Of a stretch of DNA of 64,000 nt, positions 1 through 11,150 are shown piece after piece. The notes below the pieces were generated by a model. The model worked only from the letters and a program-made list of their open reading frames with translations. It searched no databases and had not been told where the DNA came from. Position 1 is the stretch's first letter; every line of letters starts with the position of its first letter. The DNA is from Polyangiaceae bacterium. Its GTDB lineage: Bacteria; Myxococcota_A; Polyangia; Polyangiales; Polyangiaceae. Both the position numbers and the translations under genes were made by a program. The stretch is from assembly GCA_965222375.1 (NCBI GenBank), contig CBDCTZ010000005.1:288001-352000 (forward strand), written 5' to 3'.

Positions 1-732
1 ATACAGGGATCGGGACTCGCGCTTTGCCAAGGAGCCTGCAAATACGAACAGCCCCAAAACCAAAACGGATCCCACGACACCGAGCAGGACCCGAAGCGCC
101 GGACGGCACTTCCACGCGACCAGCATGCTACCCAGCATGGATGCGCTGATCACCGGCTTGAGCCAAAGCGGCACGAACCCCGTCGCCCAAGGTAGCCCCA
201 GGGTCAAACCGATCAGCAAGCCCAACGCGATTCGGCCCCACTTCGCACGTATCGCAAAGAAGATCGGCGGCACGCAGGCGATCCAGAAAAAGGGCTCGAC
301 GATGAAAATGCGATCTCCAAAAATCCAGCCGTCGTACAGCGGCCAGAAGGGATGCACGCCGTAGACGTTCGAGTAGTCCATGCTCAAGTGCAGCAACGGT
401 CCGCTGAGCAGCAGGCCAGAAAGCAGCCTTCTTTCGCCCGGGGCAAAGCGCGGCTTCCAGTAGCGAGCCATGCCCGCCCACGCCAACGCGCCGAGCAAGA
501 CGCCCACGAGCAGGGTGTGGGTGTGGCCGCGGTGGTGCATCAGGTAGCCCAGATTCCCACCTGTGATGAAGGTGTAGCCGAAGTCCAGGTCGGGCAGGTT
601 GTTGCCCACGACAGCCGCGAGGTAGGCCGCGGGTCGAAGGCGCCCGGGCAGCTCGGGGTCGCGACGGGAGGCTAGCGTGCAGACGACCTCCGCGAGCATC
701 ATCCCCGCGAGGCTGTGCGTGATGTTGTCCAT
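1..732 (-). CDS. Inner-membrane metal-dependent hydrolase (YdjM/DUF457-like), runs off the window edge
   Basis: Not in the ORF track. Manual translation from ATG 732: MDNITHSLAG...NNLPDLD...YLMHHRGHTHTL...LHLSMDYSNVYGVHPFWP, the family motifs, plus hydrophobic segments. Confidence 0.85.
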   Translation of the reverse strand, partial: MDNITHSLAGMMLAEVVCTLASRRDPELPGRLRPAAYLAAVVGNNLPDLDFGYTFITGGNLGYLMHHRGHTHTLLVGVLLGALAWAGMARYWKPRFAPGERRLLSGLLLSGPLLHLSMDYSNVYGVHPFWPLYDGWIFGDRIFIVEPFFWIACVPPIFFAIRAKWGRIALGLLIGLTLGLPWATGFVPLWLKPVISASMLGSMLVAWKCRPALRVLLGVVGSVLVLGLFVFAGSLAKRESRSLY

Positions 733-823
733 CGCGAAGCGGCGAGACTAGCAGGGTCCAGCGCCCATTCTGCAAGCGCGACAGCGGTCGACGGCGCCTT
801 CGGGCTCATCTACCCTCCGCGCC

Positions 824-2902
824 ATGAACCGCGCTAGAGCACTTTCAACCCTGGCCGCCGCGCTGCTCCTGGGCTCCGCATGTGGCCCGCGCCCCAAGCC
901 GATCAATGACGCACCAGCTGGCCCGGGGACGTCGCCCACCACGAGCCCGCCGCCCGCGGCTGCTGCGAAGTTGATTCCGAGAAAGGTGTTGTTCGGAAAC
1001 CCCGAGCGAACCAAGCCGCAGCTGAGCCCGGACGGCATCCAGCTATCTTGGCTGGCACCCAAAGACGGCGTGCTCAACGTGTGGGTGGCGCCGATCGACA
1101 AGCTCGCTGCCGCTCGCGCGATCACCGATGACAAGTCTCGGGGCATTCGCAGATACGCCTGGTCCCAGAGCTCGAAGCACGTGCTGTTCGCTCAGGACAA
1201 GGGCGGCGACGAGAACTGGCGCACCTACGCCGTCGAACTCAGCTCCGGCAAGGTCGCAAACCTGACGCCCGAGGACGGCATTCAGGCGCGGTTCGTGCAC
1301 CTCAGTCCCAAGAAGCCTGACGAGGTACTGATCGGTTTGAACGCCCGTGACAAACGCTTTCACGACGTGTTCTCGGTCAACCTGGTCACGGGCAAGCGCA
1401 CGCTGGTGCAGAAGAACGACGGCTTCGCGAGCTTCATTGCAGACGACCAGCACCGGGTGCGCTTCGGCGTGAAACCCACGCCCGATGGCGGCTCCGAGGT
1501 CCTCAAGAAGCACGGCAAAAACTGGCTTCCTTTCGCCAAGTTCTCCCCGCAAGACGAGATGGTCAGCAGTCCCCGCGCTCTGAGCGGCGACGGCAAATAC
1601 CTGTATTTCTTGGACAGCCGCGGGCGGGATCGGGCCGCCCTGACCCGCGTCGCCCTGGCATCGGGCAAGAGCGCGGTGCTCGCCGAGGACCTCAAAGCCG
1701 ACGTTACCGGCTTGCTGCTGCACCCCACGGAGAAGGTGGCGCAAGCAGCGGTCAGCGTGCATGCGCGCAAGAGCTTCATCGTGATCGATCCGGAGCTCAA
1801 GACCGACTTCGCGACGCTGCTCAAAGCAGCCCCGGGAGATCTCGAAATTGTCGACCGCAGCCTGGACGACAAACGTTGGCTGGTGGCCTACAGCATCGAC
1901 ACCGGTCCGACTCGCTATCATTTGTACGAACGCGTCACGCGAAAGCTCACGCCGCTGTTCAGTGACCGCCCCGAGCTCGAAAAACATCGACTCGCACCGA
2001 TGGTGCCAGTGACGATCAAGTCACGGGACGGCCTCGACCTCGTCAGCTATCTGACCTTTCCCTTGGATTCCGGCGCCGGGCCCGAGGCCAAGCCGAAGAA
2101 GCCCTACCCCATGGTGCTCATGGTGCACGGCGGCCCCTGGGGCCGAGACCGCTGGGGGCTGAACACCTGGCACCAGTGGTTTGCAGATCGCGGCTACGTG
2201 ACCCTGAGCGTGAACTTCCGAGGCAGCGTCGGCTTCGGCAAGGCCTTCGTCAACGCCGCGGACGGAGAGTGGGCCGCGAAAATGCATGACGATCTCATCG
2301 ATGCCGTCAACTACGCGATCGAGCGAAAGATCGCCGACCCCAAGCGCATTGCGATCTTCGGTGGCAGCTACGGCGGCTACGCCACGCTCGTGGGCCTGAC
2401 GTCGACGCCCGAGACCTTTGCCTGCGGCGTCGACATCGTCGGGCCCTCCAACCTGATCACCCTGTTGGAGTCCATTCCACCCTATTGGGAATCTTACAAA
2501 GCCATGTTCAAGGCCCGCGTTGGGGACTTCACGACGGAAGCCGGCAAGGCTCTGCTGCGGGAGCGCTCTCCCCTGACCCACGTCGGCCGGATCAAGCGCC
2601 CGCTTTTGATCGGGCAGGGCGCCAACGACCCGCGGGTGAAGCAGGCCGAGAGCGATCAGATCGTCACGGCCATGAAGAAGAAAGGGATCCCGGTCACCTA
2701 CGTGGTCTACCCCGACGAGGGTCACGGCTTCGCTCGCCCGGAGAATCGACTCTCCTTCAACGCGGTCACGGAATCCTTCTTGGCTAGCTGCCTGGGTGGC
2801 CGCGCAGAGCCCGTGGCCGAGGCCTTCAAGGGCTCCAGCCTGGAGATCCGTAGCGGCAAAGAGCACATTCCCGAGCTGGTGAAGGCCTCCGCCGCGCCCT
2901 AA
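824..2902 (+). CDS. S9 family peptidase (prolyl oligopeptidase/dipeptidyl aminopeptidase), lipoprotein
   Basis: Lipobox LGSAC, beta-propeller region, VHGGPW, GGSYGG nucleophile, NDPRV, DEGHGF. Confidence 0.95.
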   Translation: MNRARALSTLAAALLLGSACGPRPKPINDAPAGPGTSPTTSPPPAAAAKLIPRKVLFGNPERTKPQLSPDGIQLSWLAPKDGVLNVWVAPIDKLAAARAITDDKSRGIRRYAWSQSSKHVLFAQDKGGDENWRTYAVELSSGKVANLTPEDGIQARFVHLSPKKPDEVLIGLNARDKRFHDVFSVNLVTGKRTLVQKNDGFASFIADDQHRVRFGVKPTPDGGSEVLKKHGKNWLPFAKFSPQDEMVSSPRALSGDGKYLYFLDSRGRDRAALTRVALASGKSAVLAEDLKADVTGLLLHPTEKVAQAAVSVHARKSFIVIDPELKTDFATLLKAAPGDLEIVDRSLDDKRWLVAYSIDTGPTRYHLYERVTRKLTPLFSDRPELEKHRLAPMVPVTIKSRDGLDLVSYLTFPLDSGAGPEAKPKKPYPMVLMVHGGPWGRDRWGLNTWHQWFADRGYVTLSVNFRGSVGFGKAFVNAADGEWAAKMHDDLIDAVNYAIERKIADPKRIAIFGGSYGGYATLVGLTSTPETFACGVDIVGPSNLITLLESIPPYWESYKAMFKARVGDFTTEAGKALLRERSPLTHVGRIKRPLLIGQGANDPRVKQAESDQIVTAMKKKGIPVTYVVYPDEGHGFARPENRLSFNAVTESFLASCLGGRAEPVAEAFKGSSLEIRSGKEHIPELVKASAAP

Positions 2903-2955
2903 TACTCGGACAGTGCTTGCGAGGGTCCGCGAAAACGTGGACATTTGTATGCGTG

Positions 2956-4548
2956 ATGCGCCAGCGACTGTCAGGGAAAGCGTTTTTCTTCGGGCTGCTG
3001 CTGTCGTCAGGCGCCGGCGCGCTCACCCAGCCCGGTGGGCCCACCATCCCGGTCCTCGATACGAGCGTCACCACTTGCTCGGACAAGAACGTTCAGGTCT
3101 GTCTGGACGCGGAAGAGGGCGGCAACACGGTCAACGCCGTGACGGCGGCCGCGATCACCCCCGAGACCTTCAATCCTAGCTGTGGCCTGTCCTTCAAAGT
3201 TTTGGCACGGGGAGCTGGATTCAAGAACACCTTCGGCTGGTACAACGTCACCGCAGGCAAGCCGGCGGATTCGGATCTGCATGCCTTCCTGTTGTGCTCG
3301 GATGCGCCGGGCACGACGAAGGCGCTGAACATCAAATCCGATCCAGCCTACAAGGGCGGGCAGATCGGGTTCTTCATGGCCTCGCCAGAAGGCGTGAGCG
3401 GCAACTGCCCACAATTCAACCCGGGCGGCGGCCCCGTAGCGGGCACGGTGGGTCACATCTACTACTCGGAACGAAAGTACAACCCCGACAATACGGGGCC
3501 GAATAGCTTCATCCACCTGATCATCTACGACAGTGTCACCCACTCCAACTCCTTCTACTTTGCCTGGGAGGATCTACTATCTGGCGGGGACAACGACTTC
3601 GACGATCTGCTGACCCGAGTCGACGGCATCACTTGCTCCGGCGGCGGCGCGCCCTGCGATACCGGGCTGCTGGGCAAGTGCAAAGACGGCACCATGCAGT
3701 GCAAGAACGGCGGGTTGGTCTGCGAGCAGAACCAGAAGCCCACGACCGAGAGCTGCAACGGCCGCGATGACGACTGCGACGGCAGCATCGATGACGGAGA
3801 TCTGTGCCCGACGGATTTGGTTTGCGATCGGGGCAAGTGCGTACCGAAGTGCGGTACCGGCGAGTTCGCCTGCCCCGCCCACTTAACCTGCAATGCCGGC
3901 GGGCTGTGCGTCGACCCGGCCTGCGAAACCGTGAGCTGCAAGCCCGGTGAGGTCTGCGAAAAAGGCAAATGCCAGGCGCCCTGCGACGGGGTTGTCTGCC
4001 CCAAGGGCCAGGTCTGCCGAGAAGGCGTGTGTGCGGACCCCTGCGACGGCGTGACTTGCGACAGCGAGTACGTCTGCGTGGCAGGTGTGTGCACCCTGAA
4101 TTGCGACTGCAAGGGCTGCTCCACTGGCCAAACCTGTGACACGATGTCCCAGAAGTGCGTCGACGACGGCTGCTCGCCCAATCCCTGCTCAGCTGGACAA
4201 GTCTGCGAACTCGGCGCCTGCGTGGACGCCTGTTCGGGAGCCAAGTGCCCCAGCGGCAGCGAGTGCAAAGCGGGTCAATGCGTCCCGGTCACCGACGCCG
4301 GCGCTGGAGGCGGCAGCGGCGGGCTGATGCTGGACGGGGGCGTGAGCACCGGCGGCAGCGGCGCTGGTTCTGGAGCCGCCGGCTCCGCGGGGTTCGCTGG
4401 CGCTTTCGGCTCCGGTTCCCCGAAGGGCGAGAACGCGGGTGGCTGCGGCTGCCGGACGCGCTCCAACCCGGCTGGGTCGCTATGGCTGCTCGGCTCGCTA
4501 GCCGCGCTCGCGTTCCTGCGTCGCCGATCCGATGGACCCAGGCGGTGA
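2956..4548 (+). CDS. DUF4114-like domain + Cys-rich repeats + MYXO-CTERM surface protein
   Basis: Signal peptide; AGFKNTFGWY...FAWEDLLSGGDNDFDD; many C-x4-C-x5-C repeats; C-terminal GGCGC-TM-RRR. ORF track starts at 2917. Confidence 0.75.
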   Translation: MRQRLSGKAFFFGLLLSSGAGALTQPGGPTIPVLDTSVTTCSDKNVQVCLDAEEGGNTVNAVTAAAITPETFNPSCGLSFKVLARGAGFKNTFGWYNVTAGKPADSDLHAFLLCSDAPGTTKALNIKSDPAYKGGQIGFFMASPEGVSGNCPQFNPGGGPVAGTVGHIYYSERKYNPDNTGPNSFIHLIIYDSVTHSNSFYFAWEDLLSGGDNDFDDLLTRVDGITCSGGGAPCDTGLLGKCKDGTMQCKNGGLVCEQNQKPTTESCNGRDDDCDGSIDDGDLCPTDLVCDRGKCVPKCGTGEFACPAHLTCNAGGLCVDPACETVSCKPGEVCEKGKCQAPCDGVVCPKGQVCREGVCADPCDGVTCDSEYVCVAGVCTLNCDCKGCSTGQTCDTMSQKCVDDGCSPNPCSAGQVCELGACVDACSGAKCPSGSECKAGQCVPVTDAGAGGGSGGLMLDGGVSTGGSGAGSGAAGSAGFAGAFGSGSPKGENAGGCGCRTRSNPAGSLWLLGSLAALAFLRRRSDGPRR

Positions 4549-4600
4549 AAGGCGGAGTCGAAACCTCGCCGCGCCCCAGTCGTGGACGCCCCCCGCAAGG

Positions 4601-7081
4601 CTAGGCCATGCCAGGTTGCTCACCAGGCGGCGGTGCACCAGCGGGCGGGGGAACCGGTGACGGCTCTTCCGGGGACTGTGCAGCCTTGGGCTCTTCGTCG
4701 CTGACCAACTCCCCTTGCCGATACTCGAGCAACAGGCGCCGGGGGCCGAACAGCTTGTCGGGGTCGGCGACCACGAGCGCTTCTCGCAGCACATCGTCCA
4801 TGTGGTCGACCAACACGATGCGCATGCTTTTGAGGACGCGCCGAGGGATCTCCCGGAGGTCCTTGCGGTTGTCCTTGGGAATCACCGCGGTCTTGATGCC
4901 GTTGCGGTGGGCGGCGAGCAACTTCTCTTTCAGGCCGCCAATGGGCATCACCCGGCCTCGCAAGGTGATCTCCCCGGTCATTGCGACCTCATTGCGAATC
5001 GGGATCTTGGTCAGTGCGCTGGCGATGCTCGTCGCCATGGTCACACCGGCACTGGGTCCGTCCTTGCGCACGAAGTCTGGGAAGTGAACGTGCACGTCGA
5101 TCTTCTGATAAAAATCCTTCTCCAGCTCCAACGCGTCCGAGCGTGAGCGGATGTAGCTCATGGCTGCCTGGGCACTCTCTTCCATGCCCTTCTCGAGCAG
5201 ACCTGTGATGACTAGCTTGCCCTTGCCGGGCACGACACTGACCTCGCAATCGAGAATGTCGCCGCCGTATTCGGAGACCGACAGGCCGTGGGTCAGGCCG
5301 ACGTGGTCATCCTCTTCCTTCTTGCCAAGGCGGAACTTGGGAACGCCAAGGTACTTCGGCACCGCTTTGCCACGTACGACGATTTTCTGGTCTTTGCCTT
5401 CTTTGACCACCCGAAGCGCGACTTTGCGGCACACACTGGCCACCTCGCGTTCCAGATTTCGAACGCCGGCCTCTTTGGTGTAGTGGTGAATGATCGTGCG
5501 AACGGCGTTTTCGGTGATATCCAGCTCGACGTCGTCCAGGCCACACTCTTTGACCTGCCTGGGCACTAGATACTTGAGGGCGATGTTCAGCTTCTCGAAC
5601 TCCGTGTAGGAGGAGAGCTGGATGATCTCCATGCGATCCTGCAGCGGGAGTGGAATGCCACTCAGGGTATTAGCCGTAGTCAGGAACATCACCTGGGAGA
5701 GGTCGTAGTCCAGATCCAGGTAGTGGTCGTTGAAGGTGTTATTCTGCTCCGGGTCCAAGACCTCGAGCAAAGCCGCCGCCGGATCTCCGCGGAAGTCCGT
5801 GCTCATCTTGTCGACCTCATCGAGCAAGAAGAGAGGGTTGGCAGTGCCGACCTTCTTGAGATTCTGAATGATCTTTCCGGGCAGCGCTCCGATGTAGGTG
5901 CGCCGGTGGCCGCGGATCTCGGCTTCATCCCGCACTCCGCCCAAAGACAGGCGAACGAACTTGCGGCCCGTCGCCCGGGCGATGCTCTTGGCGATGCTCG
6001 TCTTGCCCACGCCGGGGGGCCCAACGAAACATAGGATGGGTCCTTTGAGCTGCCCGGTCAGGGCCTGCACCGCCAAATACTCGACAATGCGCTCTTTGGG
6101 CTTCTTCAGGCCGTAGTGATCCTCTTCCAGGATCTTCTGAGCTTCATTGATGTCGAAGCGCTCCTCGGTCGTTTCGTACCAGGGCAGGCTCAAGATCCAA
6201 TCGATGTAATTGCGTACGACGGTCGCCTCGGCTGAGGTGGGGTGCATCATCTTGAGCTTCTTCAGTTCTTTCTTGACGCGCTCCTGCCCCTCCTCGCTCA
6301 TCTTCTTGTTCTTGAGCTTGTCTTCAATCTCTTGAATCTCGCTCTTGAACTCGTCGCGCTCACCGCCACCCAGCTCCTTCTGGATAGCCTGCATCTGCTC
6401 GTTTAGGTAGTACTCCTTCTGCGTCTTCTCCATCTGCTTCTTGACGCGGGAGCGGATCTTCTTCTCGACCTGCAGAATCTCGATTTCTGCCTGCATCAAT
6501 TCATAGATGCGTTCCAAGCGGCTCTTGGCGTCGAGGGTTTCGAGCAGGCTCTGGCGATCGGCCAGCTTGATCGTGGGCAAGTTGGCAGCGATGGTGTCAG
6601 CCAGCTTCGCGGGGTCGTCGATGCTTTGAACCTGCATCAAGACTTCGGGCTGAACCTTCTTGTTCAGCTTGACGTAGACCTCGAAGGTGCTCTGCACGCT
6701 GCGGATCAGCGCTTCGAGCTCGACGTCCGACGCCGCGGTCTCCGGCAGAGGTTCGACCTCCACCAGGAAGTAGTCTTTGCTCTCGACCCAGCGCTGCACG
6801 CGGGCCCGCTGCCTCCCTTCTACCAGGACCTTGACCGTTCCATCTGCCAGCCGAAGCAGCTGGACGATGGTGCCAATGGTGCCAACTTGAAAAATATCCT
6901 CGGGAGTTGGGTCGTTGGTCTTCGCGCTTTTCTGCGCGGCCAAGAAGATTTCCTTGTCCCGCGCCATGGCCTCGTCGAGAGCAAGAATGCTCTTTTCGCG
7001 GCCCACGAAGAGCTGCGAGACCATGTGCGGAAAAACGATGATGTCTCGTAAGGGGAGCGCTGGCAGCGGTCGTGATTTCAC
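4601..7081 (-). CDS. lon: ATP-dependent protease La
   Basis: LPLRD N-domain, GPPGVGKTS Walker A, LDEVDK, DGPSAG catalytic Ser, GGLKEK Lys. Confidence 0.97.
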   Translation of the reverse strand: MKSRPLPALPLRDIIVFPHMVSQLFVGREKSILALDEAMARDKEIFLAAQKSAKTNDPTPEDIFQVGTIGTIVQLLRLADGTVKVLVEGRQRARVQRWVESKDYFLVEVEPLPETAASDVELEALIRSVQSTFEVYVKLNKKVQPEVLMQVQSIDDPAKLADTIAANLPTIKLADRQSLLETLDAKSRLERIYELMQAEIEILQVEKKIRSRVKKQMEKTQKEYYLNEQMQAIQKELGGGERDEFKSEIQEIEDKLKNKKMSEEGQERVKKELKKLKMMHPTSAEATVVRNYIDWILSLPWYETTEERFDINEAQKILEEDHYGLKKPKERIVEYLAVQALTGQLKGPILCFVGPPGVGKTSIAKSIARATGRKFVRLSLGGVRDEAEIRGHRRTYIGALPGKIIQNLKKVGTANPLFLLDEVDKMSTDFRGDPAAALLEVLDPEQNNTFNDHYLDLDYDLSQVMFLTTANTLSGIPLPLQDRMEIIQLSSYTEFEKLNIALKYLVPRQVKECGLDDVELDITENAVRTIIHHYTKEAGVRNLEREVASVCRKVALRVVKEGKDQKIVVRGKAVPKYLGVPKFRLGKKEEDDHVGLTHGLSVSEYGGDILDCEVSVVPGKGKLVITGLLEKGMEESAQAAMSYIRSRSDALELEKDFYQKIDVHVHFPDFVRKDGPSAGVTMATSIASALTKIPIRNEVAMTGEITLRGRVMPIGGLKEKLLAAHRNGIKTAVIPKDNRKDLREIPRRVLKSMRIVLVDHMDDVLREALVVADPDKLFGPRRLLLEYRQGELVSDEEPKAAQSPEEPSPVPPPAGAPPPGEQPGMA

Positions 7082-7100
7082 GGGTAGCCTTTAGGGCGGT

Positions 7101-8360
7101 TCAGCCGACGCCGGCTTGTTCGTCTTTTTGATAGACGATCAAAGGTGCATCACCCTTGGCGATGACGTCTTCGTTGACCACCGTTTCCTTGATCCCGGAC
7201 TTGGACGGGATGTCGTACATGATGTCGAGCATGGCCTCTTCGAGAATCGCGCGCAGACCGCGGGCGCCGCTCTCACGTTCGAGGGCCTTGCGAGCGACTG
7301 CCTGAAGCGCACCCTTGGTGAACTTCAGCTTCACGCCATCCATCTCGAACAGCTTTTGGAACTGTTTGACGAGGCTGTTCTTCGGCTTCGTCAAGATGTC
7401 GATGAGAGCGTCCCGGGTCAGCTCGTGCAGCGTCGCCAGAACGGGTAGTCGCCCGATGAACTCGGGGATCAGACCAAACTTCAGCAGGTCTTCGGGCTGG
7501 ACCTGGTTGAGCAACTCACCCAGCTGAAACTCGGCTTTGCTCTTGATGTCCGCACCGAAGCCCAAGCGTGCCTGACCCAGGCGACGCTGGATTATTTGGT
7601 CGAGACCCACAAAGGCGCCACCGCAGATGAACAGGATGTTGGTGGTGTCGACCTGCAGGAAGTCCTGCTGGGGATGCTTGCGGCCTCCCTTGGGCGGCAC
7701 ATTGGCCACGGTGCCCTCGATGATCTTCAGCAGGGCCTGCTGCACGCCCTCCCCGGACACGTCCCGAGTGATCGAGGGGTTGTCGCTCTTGCGACTGATC
7801 TTGTCGATCTCGTCTATGTATACGATCCCGCGCTGGGCGCGCTCCACGTCGTGGTCGGCGTTTTGGAGGAGCTGAACGATGATGTTCTCGACATCTTCAC
7901 CGACGTAGCCCGCTTCAGTAAGTGTGGTGGCATCCGCGATAGCGAAGGGCACCTTCAGGATCTTGGCGAGGGTCTGGGCCAAGAGAGTTTTGCCACTGCC
8001 GGTGGGCCCCAGGAGCATGATGTTGCTCTTGGACAGCTCGACGTCCTCGGTGGACACCTTCGTGTCGATACGCTTGTAGTGGTTGTGGACGGCGACACTG
8101 AGGATCTTCTTCGCGCGGTCCTGGCCGATCACGTACTCGTCGAGGATGGTCTTGATCTCTGCCGGCTTCGGCATGGGATCCGAGCCACCGGTGGGCTCGT
8201 CCTTCTCGACCTCTTCCGCAATGATGTCGTTGCAGAGGGCGATGCACTCGTCGCAGATATAAACGGTCGGCCCTGCGATGAGCTTCTTGACCTCCTTCTG
8301 GGATTTTCCGCAGAAAGAGCAGCACAGGTTGCCGTTCGAATCGTCTCGCCGTCGCTCCAC
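7101..8360 (-). CDS. clpX: ClpX ATPase subunit
   Basis: CSFCGK...ICDECI zinc finger, [30 protein letters not shown]. Confidence 0.98.
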   Translation of the reverse strand: MERRRDDSNGNLCCSFCGKSQKEVKKLIAGPTVYICDECIALCNDIIAEEVEKDEPTGGSDPMPKPAEIKTILDEYVIGQDRAKKILSVAVHNHYKRIDTKVSTEDVELSKSNIMLLGPTGSGKTLLAQTLAKILKVPFAIADATTLTEAGYVGEDVENIIVQLLQNADHDVERAQRGIVYIDEIDKISRKSDNPSITRDVSGEGVQQALLKIIEGTVANVPPKGGRKHPQQDFLQVDTTNILFICGGAFVGLDQIIQRRLGQARLGFGADIKSKAEFQLGELLNQVQPEDLLKFGLIPEFIGRLPVLATLHELTRDALIDILTKPKNSLVKQFQKLFEMDGVKLKFTKGALQAVARKALERESGARGLRAILEEAMLDIMYDIPSKSGIKETVVNEDVIAKGDAPLIVYQKDEQAGVG

Positions 8361-8525
8361 TTGTTAACCCACGTGCCTCATTGTGGCCCACACGGGCCGT
8401 GCATTGTCTTGCTGTGTACCGGATAATTTCGGAAAAGCTCGAAAATTCTAGAAAGGTCCGGCGGGGGCCGCAAGACGACGGCGGAATTTGATGAATTCTT
8501 GCCGGAAGCGCCCCCGACGGGGGGC

Positions 8526-9182
8526 TCAATCGCCCTTCTTTTTCGGCTCGAAAACCTCGTCAATCAGACCGTACTCCTTGGCCTGTCCGGGGCCCATGTA
8601 GAAGTCTCGCTCGATGTCCTTGGCGATGTCTTCCCGCTCGCGCCCCGTGCTCTTGACCAAGATGTCGGTGATGATCTCCTTAGCGTGGCGGATCTCCCGG
8701 GCCTGGATCTCGATGTCGGTCGCTTGACCCCGAGCGCCGCCCAAGGGCTGGTGGATCATGATCCGGGAGTGCGGCAGGGCGAAGCGCCTGCCCGGATGGC
8801 CTGCGCCGAGAAGTAGCGCGCCCATGCTGGCCGCCTGGCCGATGCAAATCGTGCTCACGGGGCAGCGGACGTACTGCATCGTGTCGAAGATGGCCAAACC
8901 TGCTGTGACGACTCCGCCCGGGGAGTTCACGTAGAGCTGGATGTCTTTGTCCGGATCTTCGCTTTCCAAAAAGAGAAATTGGGCAATGATGATGTTGGCG
9001 ACATCATCGTCCACGGCACTGCCAAGGAACACGATGCGATCCTTGAGCAAGCGACTGAAGATGTCCCAGGTGCGTTCGCCGCGGTGCGTCGTTTCGACCA
9101 CATGCGGGTAGATGATGTCGGAGGGCGCCGTGCTTTCGAGCACGGCTAGGGCCTGCTGTCGGGTCTCGGGTCGTTTCGTCAT
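8526..9182 (-). CDS. clpP: ClpP proteolytic subunit
   Basis: [18 protein letters not shown] (Ser), MIHQP (His), ERDFY (Asp). Confidence 0.97.
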   Translation of the reverse strand: MTKRPETRQQALAVLESTAPSDIIYPHVVETTHRGERTWDIFSRLLKDRIVFLGSAVDDDVANIIIAQFLFLESEDPDKDIQLYVNSPGGVVTAGLAIFDTMQYVRCPVSTICIGQAASMGALLLGAGHPGRRFALPHSRIMIHQPLGGARGQATDIEIQAREIRHAKEIITDILVKSTGREREDIAKDIERDFYMGPGQAKEYGLIDEVFEPKKKGD

Positions 9183-9189
9183 CGATAGC

Positions 9190-10467
9190 TCACTTCTCGT
9201 CTTCGATCTTGGACTTGCGTTCGATGATGTCGAGCACCTTATTCTCCAAAATCATTCCCACCAGCATTTCCCGCCGCCGCGGCTCGCTGTATTCCGCCCG
9301 CAATTTCGCGACGTTCTTGCCCGTCTGCTCAGCTAATTCCTTCAGTCCTTCTTCGATCTCCGGATCGCCGATTTTCAGGCCTTCTTGCTTGGCGATTTCC
9401 GCCATCAGGAGCCCTGCGCGCACCTTGACCTCGCTGTCGTTCCGGATTTTGTCCTTCAGCTCGTCCCCGACCCCGCTCACGGTCTGCCCCTGGCGGCGGG
9501 CCTGAGCTACGACTTCTTGCTCGGTGATCTTCATTTGGCGGTCCACCAGCGTCGGCGGCACCGGAATCGGGTTTTTCTCGACCAGAGCCACCACCAGCTG
9601 CTCCGCAACAGCGTTTTCAGACTGCTCCTTGGCGCCCTTCTCGATCTGCTCGTGGATGTGCTTCTTCAAGTCGGCCAGGGTGTCGAACTCGCCCGCGTCC
9701 TTGGCGAGTTCGTCGTCCACGGCCGGGAGCACGCGCTCCTTCAGATCCGTGATGGTCAGGGCGAAGACGGCCTTTTTGCCCTTGAGCTTCGGGTGGGGGT
9801 GCTCTGCCGGCATTTCCACCTCCGCTTCGGCGCTTTCCCCATTCTTCTTCCCGCGCAATGCAGTGTCGATGGGCTTCAATAAGGTGTCGGTGCCCAGCTC
9901 GATCTGGAAGTCTTTGGCGCCCACGTCGGGGATGTCCTGCCCGGCCACGGAAACCGCGAAGTCGACGGTCACGACATCGCCTTCTTTGGCGGCTCGCGCC
10001 TTCTTGGGGGCCTCCAAGGTGGAATGCTCGCGGCGGATGGCCTCCAACTGCTCGTCGACTTGCGCGTCGGCGACTTCCACCTTGGGGCGCTTCGCAGACA
10101 GGCCGTCGTAGGTCACGGATTCAATTTCCGGCACCACCTCGAAACGCGCCTTATAGACGAAGGGCTTGTTCTCGGTCAGCTCTTTGGGTTCGAAGTCTGG
10201 GTTGCTGACCGGCTGTAGCTTCTGGTCCGTGACAGCCTGAGGAAACGTCTCGTCCACAAGACGCTGAGCCACGTCGGCGGCAACTCGAGCACCGAACATG
10301 GTCTTGAGGATCTTGCGTGGCGCTTTGCCCGGGCGAAAGCCCCGAACGCGGGCGTTCTTCGCCAGATTGGAAAACGCCTTGTCGAGCTCGGACTTGACTC
10401 GGTCTACCGTGACCTCGACGTCAAACTCCACGAGCACGGGACTGAGCTTCTGAACCGTGACCTGCAT
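9190..10467 (-). CDS. tig: Trigger factor
   Basis: GFRPGKAP ribosome-binding motif, FKBP-like middle domain, canonical tig-clpP-clpX-lon order; start placed at ATG 10467. Confidence 0.95.
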   Translation of the reverse strand: MQVTVQKLSPVLVEFDVEVTVDRVKSELDKAFSNLAKNARVRGFRPGKAPRKILKTMFGARVAADVAQRLVDETFPQAVTDQKLQPVSNPDFEPKELTENKPFVYKARFEVVPEIESVTYDGLSAKRPKVEVADAQVDEQLEAIRREHSTLEAPKKARAAKEGDVVTVDFAVSVAGQDIPDVGAKDFQIELGTDTLLKPIDTALRGKKNGESAEAEVEMPAEHPHPKLKGKKAVFALTITDLKERVLPAVDDELAKDAGEFDTLADLKKHIHEQIEKGAKEQSENAVAEQLVVALVEKNPIPVPPTLVDRQMKITEQEVVAQARRQGQTVSGVGDELKDKIRNDSEVKVRAGLLMAEIAKQEGLKIGDPEIEEGLKELAEQTGKNVAKLRAEYSEPRRREMLVGMILENKVLDIIERKSKIEDEK

Positions 10468-10530
10468 TAGGGGGCGAGACATTCCACGCGAACATAGCCG
10501 GGTCAAGGCTCCTATCAGCGCGGCTGACAC

Positions 10531-10572
10531 AAAAAAAGCTGACCCCCGTGGGAGGCAGATCCACGAGGGTCA
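10531..10572 (-). terminator. Rho-independent terminator after the small acidic gene
   Basis: Minus strand TGACCCTCGTGG-loop-CCACGGGGGTCA followed by GC and T7. Confidence 0.75.
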
Positions 10573-10617
10573 AGAGTCCCGGGAGGGGACGAGACCGGAT
10601 AGCCCGGCCCAAGTGGG

Positions 10618-10800
10618 TTATTCGTCTTCGTCGTCCTCGTACTCGGCTGCGTCTAGCGCGGCCTCCCAAGGGTCCACGTCGAAGTCGATCTCTTGCTGAT
10701 TCGGCTGCTCGACATCGTCGATGCTCCAGCCGGCACGGAAAGTGGGTCGGATTTGCTCGCGTTCGAAGTCGGCGTAGCTACGATAAGCTCTGGGCGGCAT
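10618..10800 (-). CDS. Small acidic protein (60 aa), function unknown
   Basis: Strong RBS (AGGAGGAG) a few nt before the ATG, GC3-biased codons, own terminator downstream. Confidence 0.75.
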   Translation of the reverse strand: MPPRAYRSYADFEREQIRPTFRAGWSIDDVEQPNQQEIDFDVDPWEAALDAAEYEDDEDE

Positions 10801-11150
10801 GGCTTCGTCTCCTCCTGGGGAGAGGTTTGGGGTTGATGGGCTTCAGTGGGGTGCGCCGCCGATGCGGGGGAGCCGGATGGGCGGACGAGGGTTCGAATGC
10901 GGGCGCGAGGAGGAATAAAAAACGTCCTGAAGCACACGCTCACGGCGCTTGGCGGCCCGGTGATCCGGGGCGGCGAGCACTTCATGAAGTCGCTGCTTGA
11001 GGGGTTTTCGTGGTTGGTGTCTCACAGATACCTACCTACACCTACATCTACACACACAGTACGACAACGCCTGGGGACGACCAAGAAAACGCCCTGCCCG
11101 CTCGCTATTTCGATAAGAGGTGCTTCGAGAGCCACGCTCTGAGGTTGGAC

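Noticed and set aside
128..775. 215-aa minus-strand ORF from the track
   Set aside because: Wrong frame; the real gene starts at 732 in another frame and leaves the window
8510..8525. GC hairpin after clpP
   Set aside because: Short stem without a U-tract; not enough to call a terminator
10851..10900. GTGCGCC and GAGCCGGATG, resembling group II intron 5' end and domain V starts
   Set aside because: No domain V stem forms and the spacing is far too short; likely coincidence
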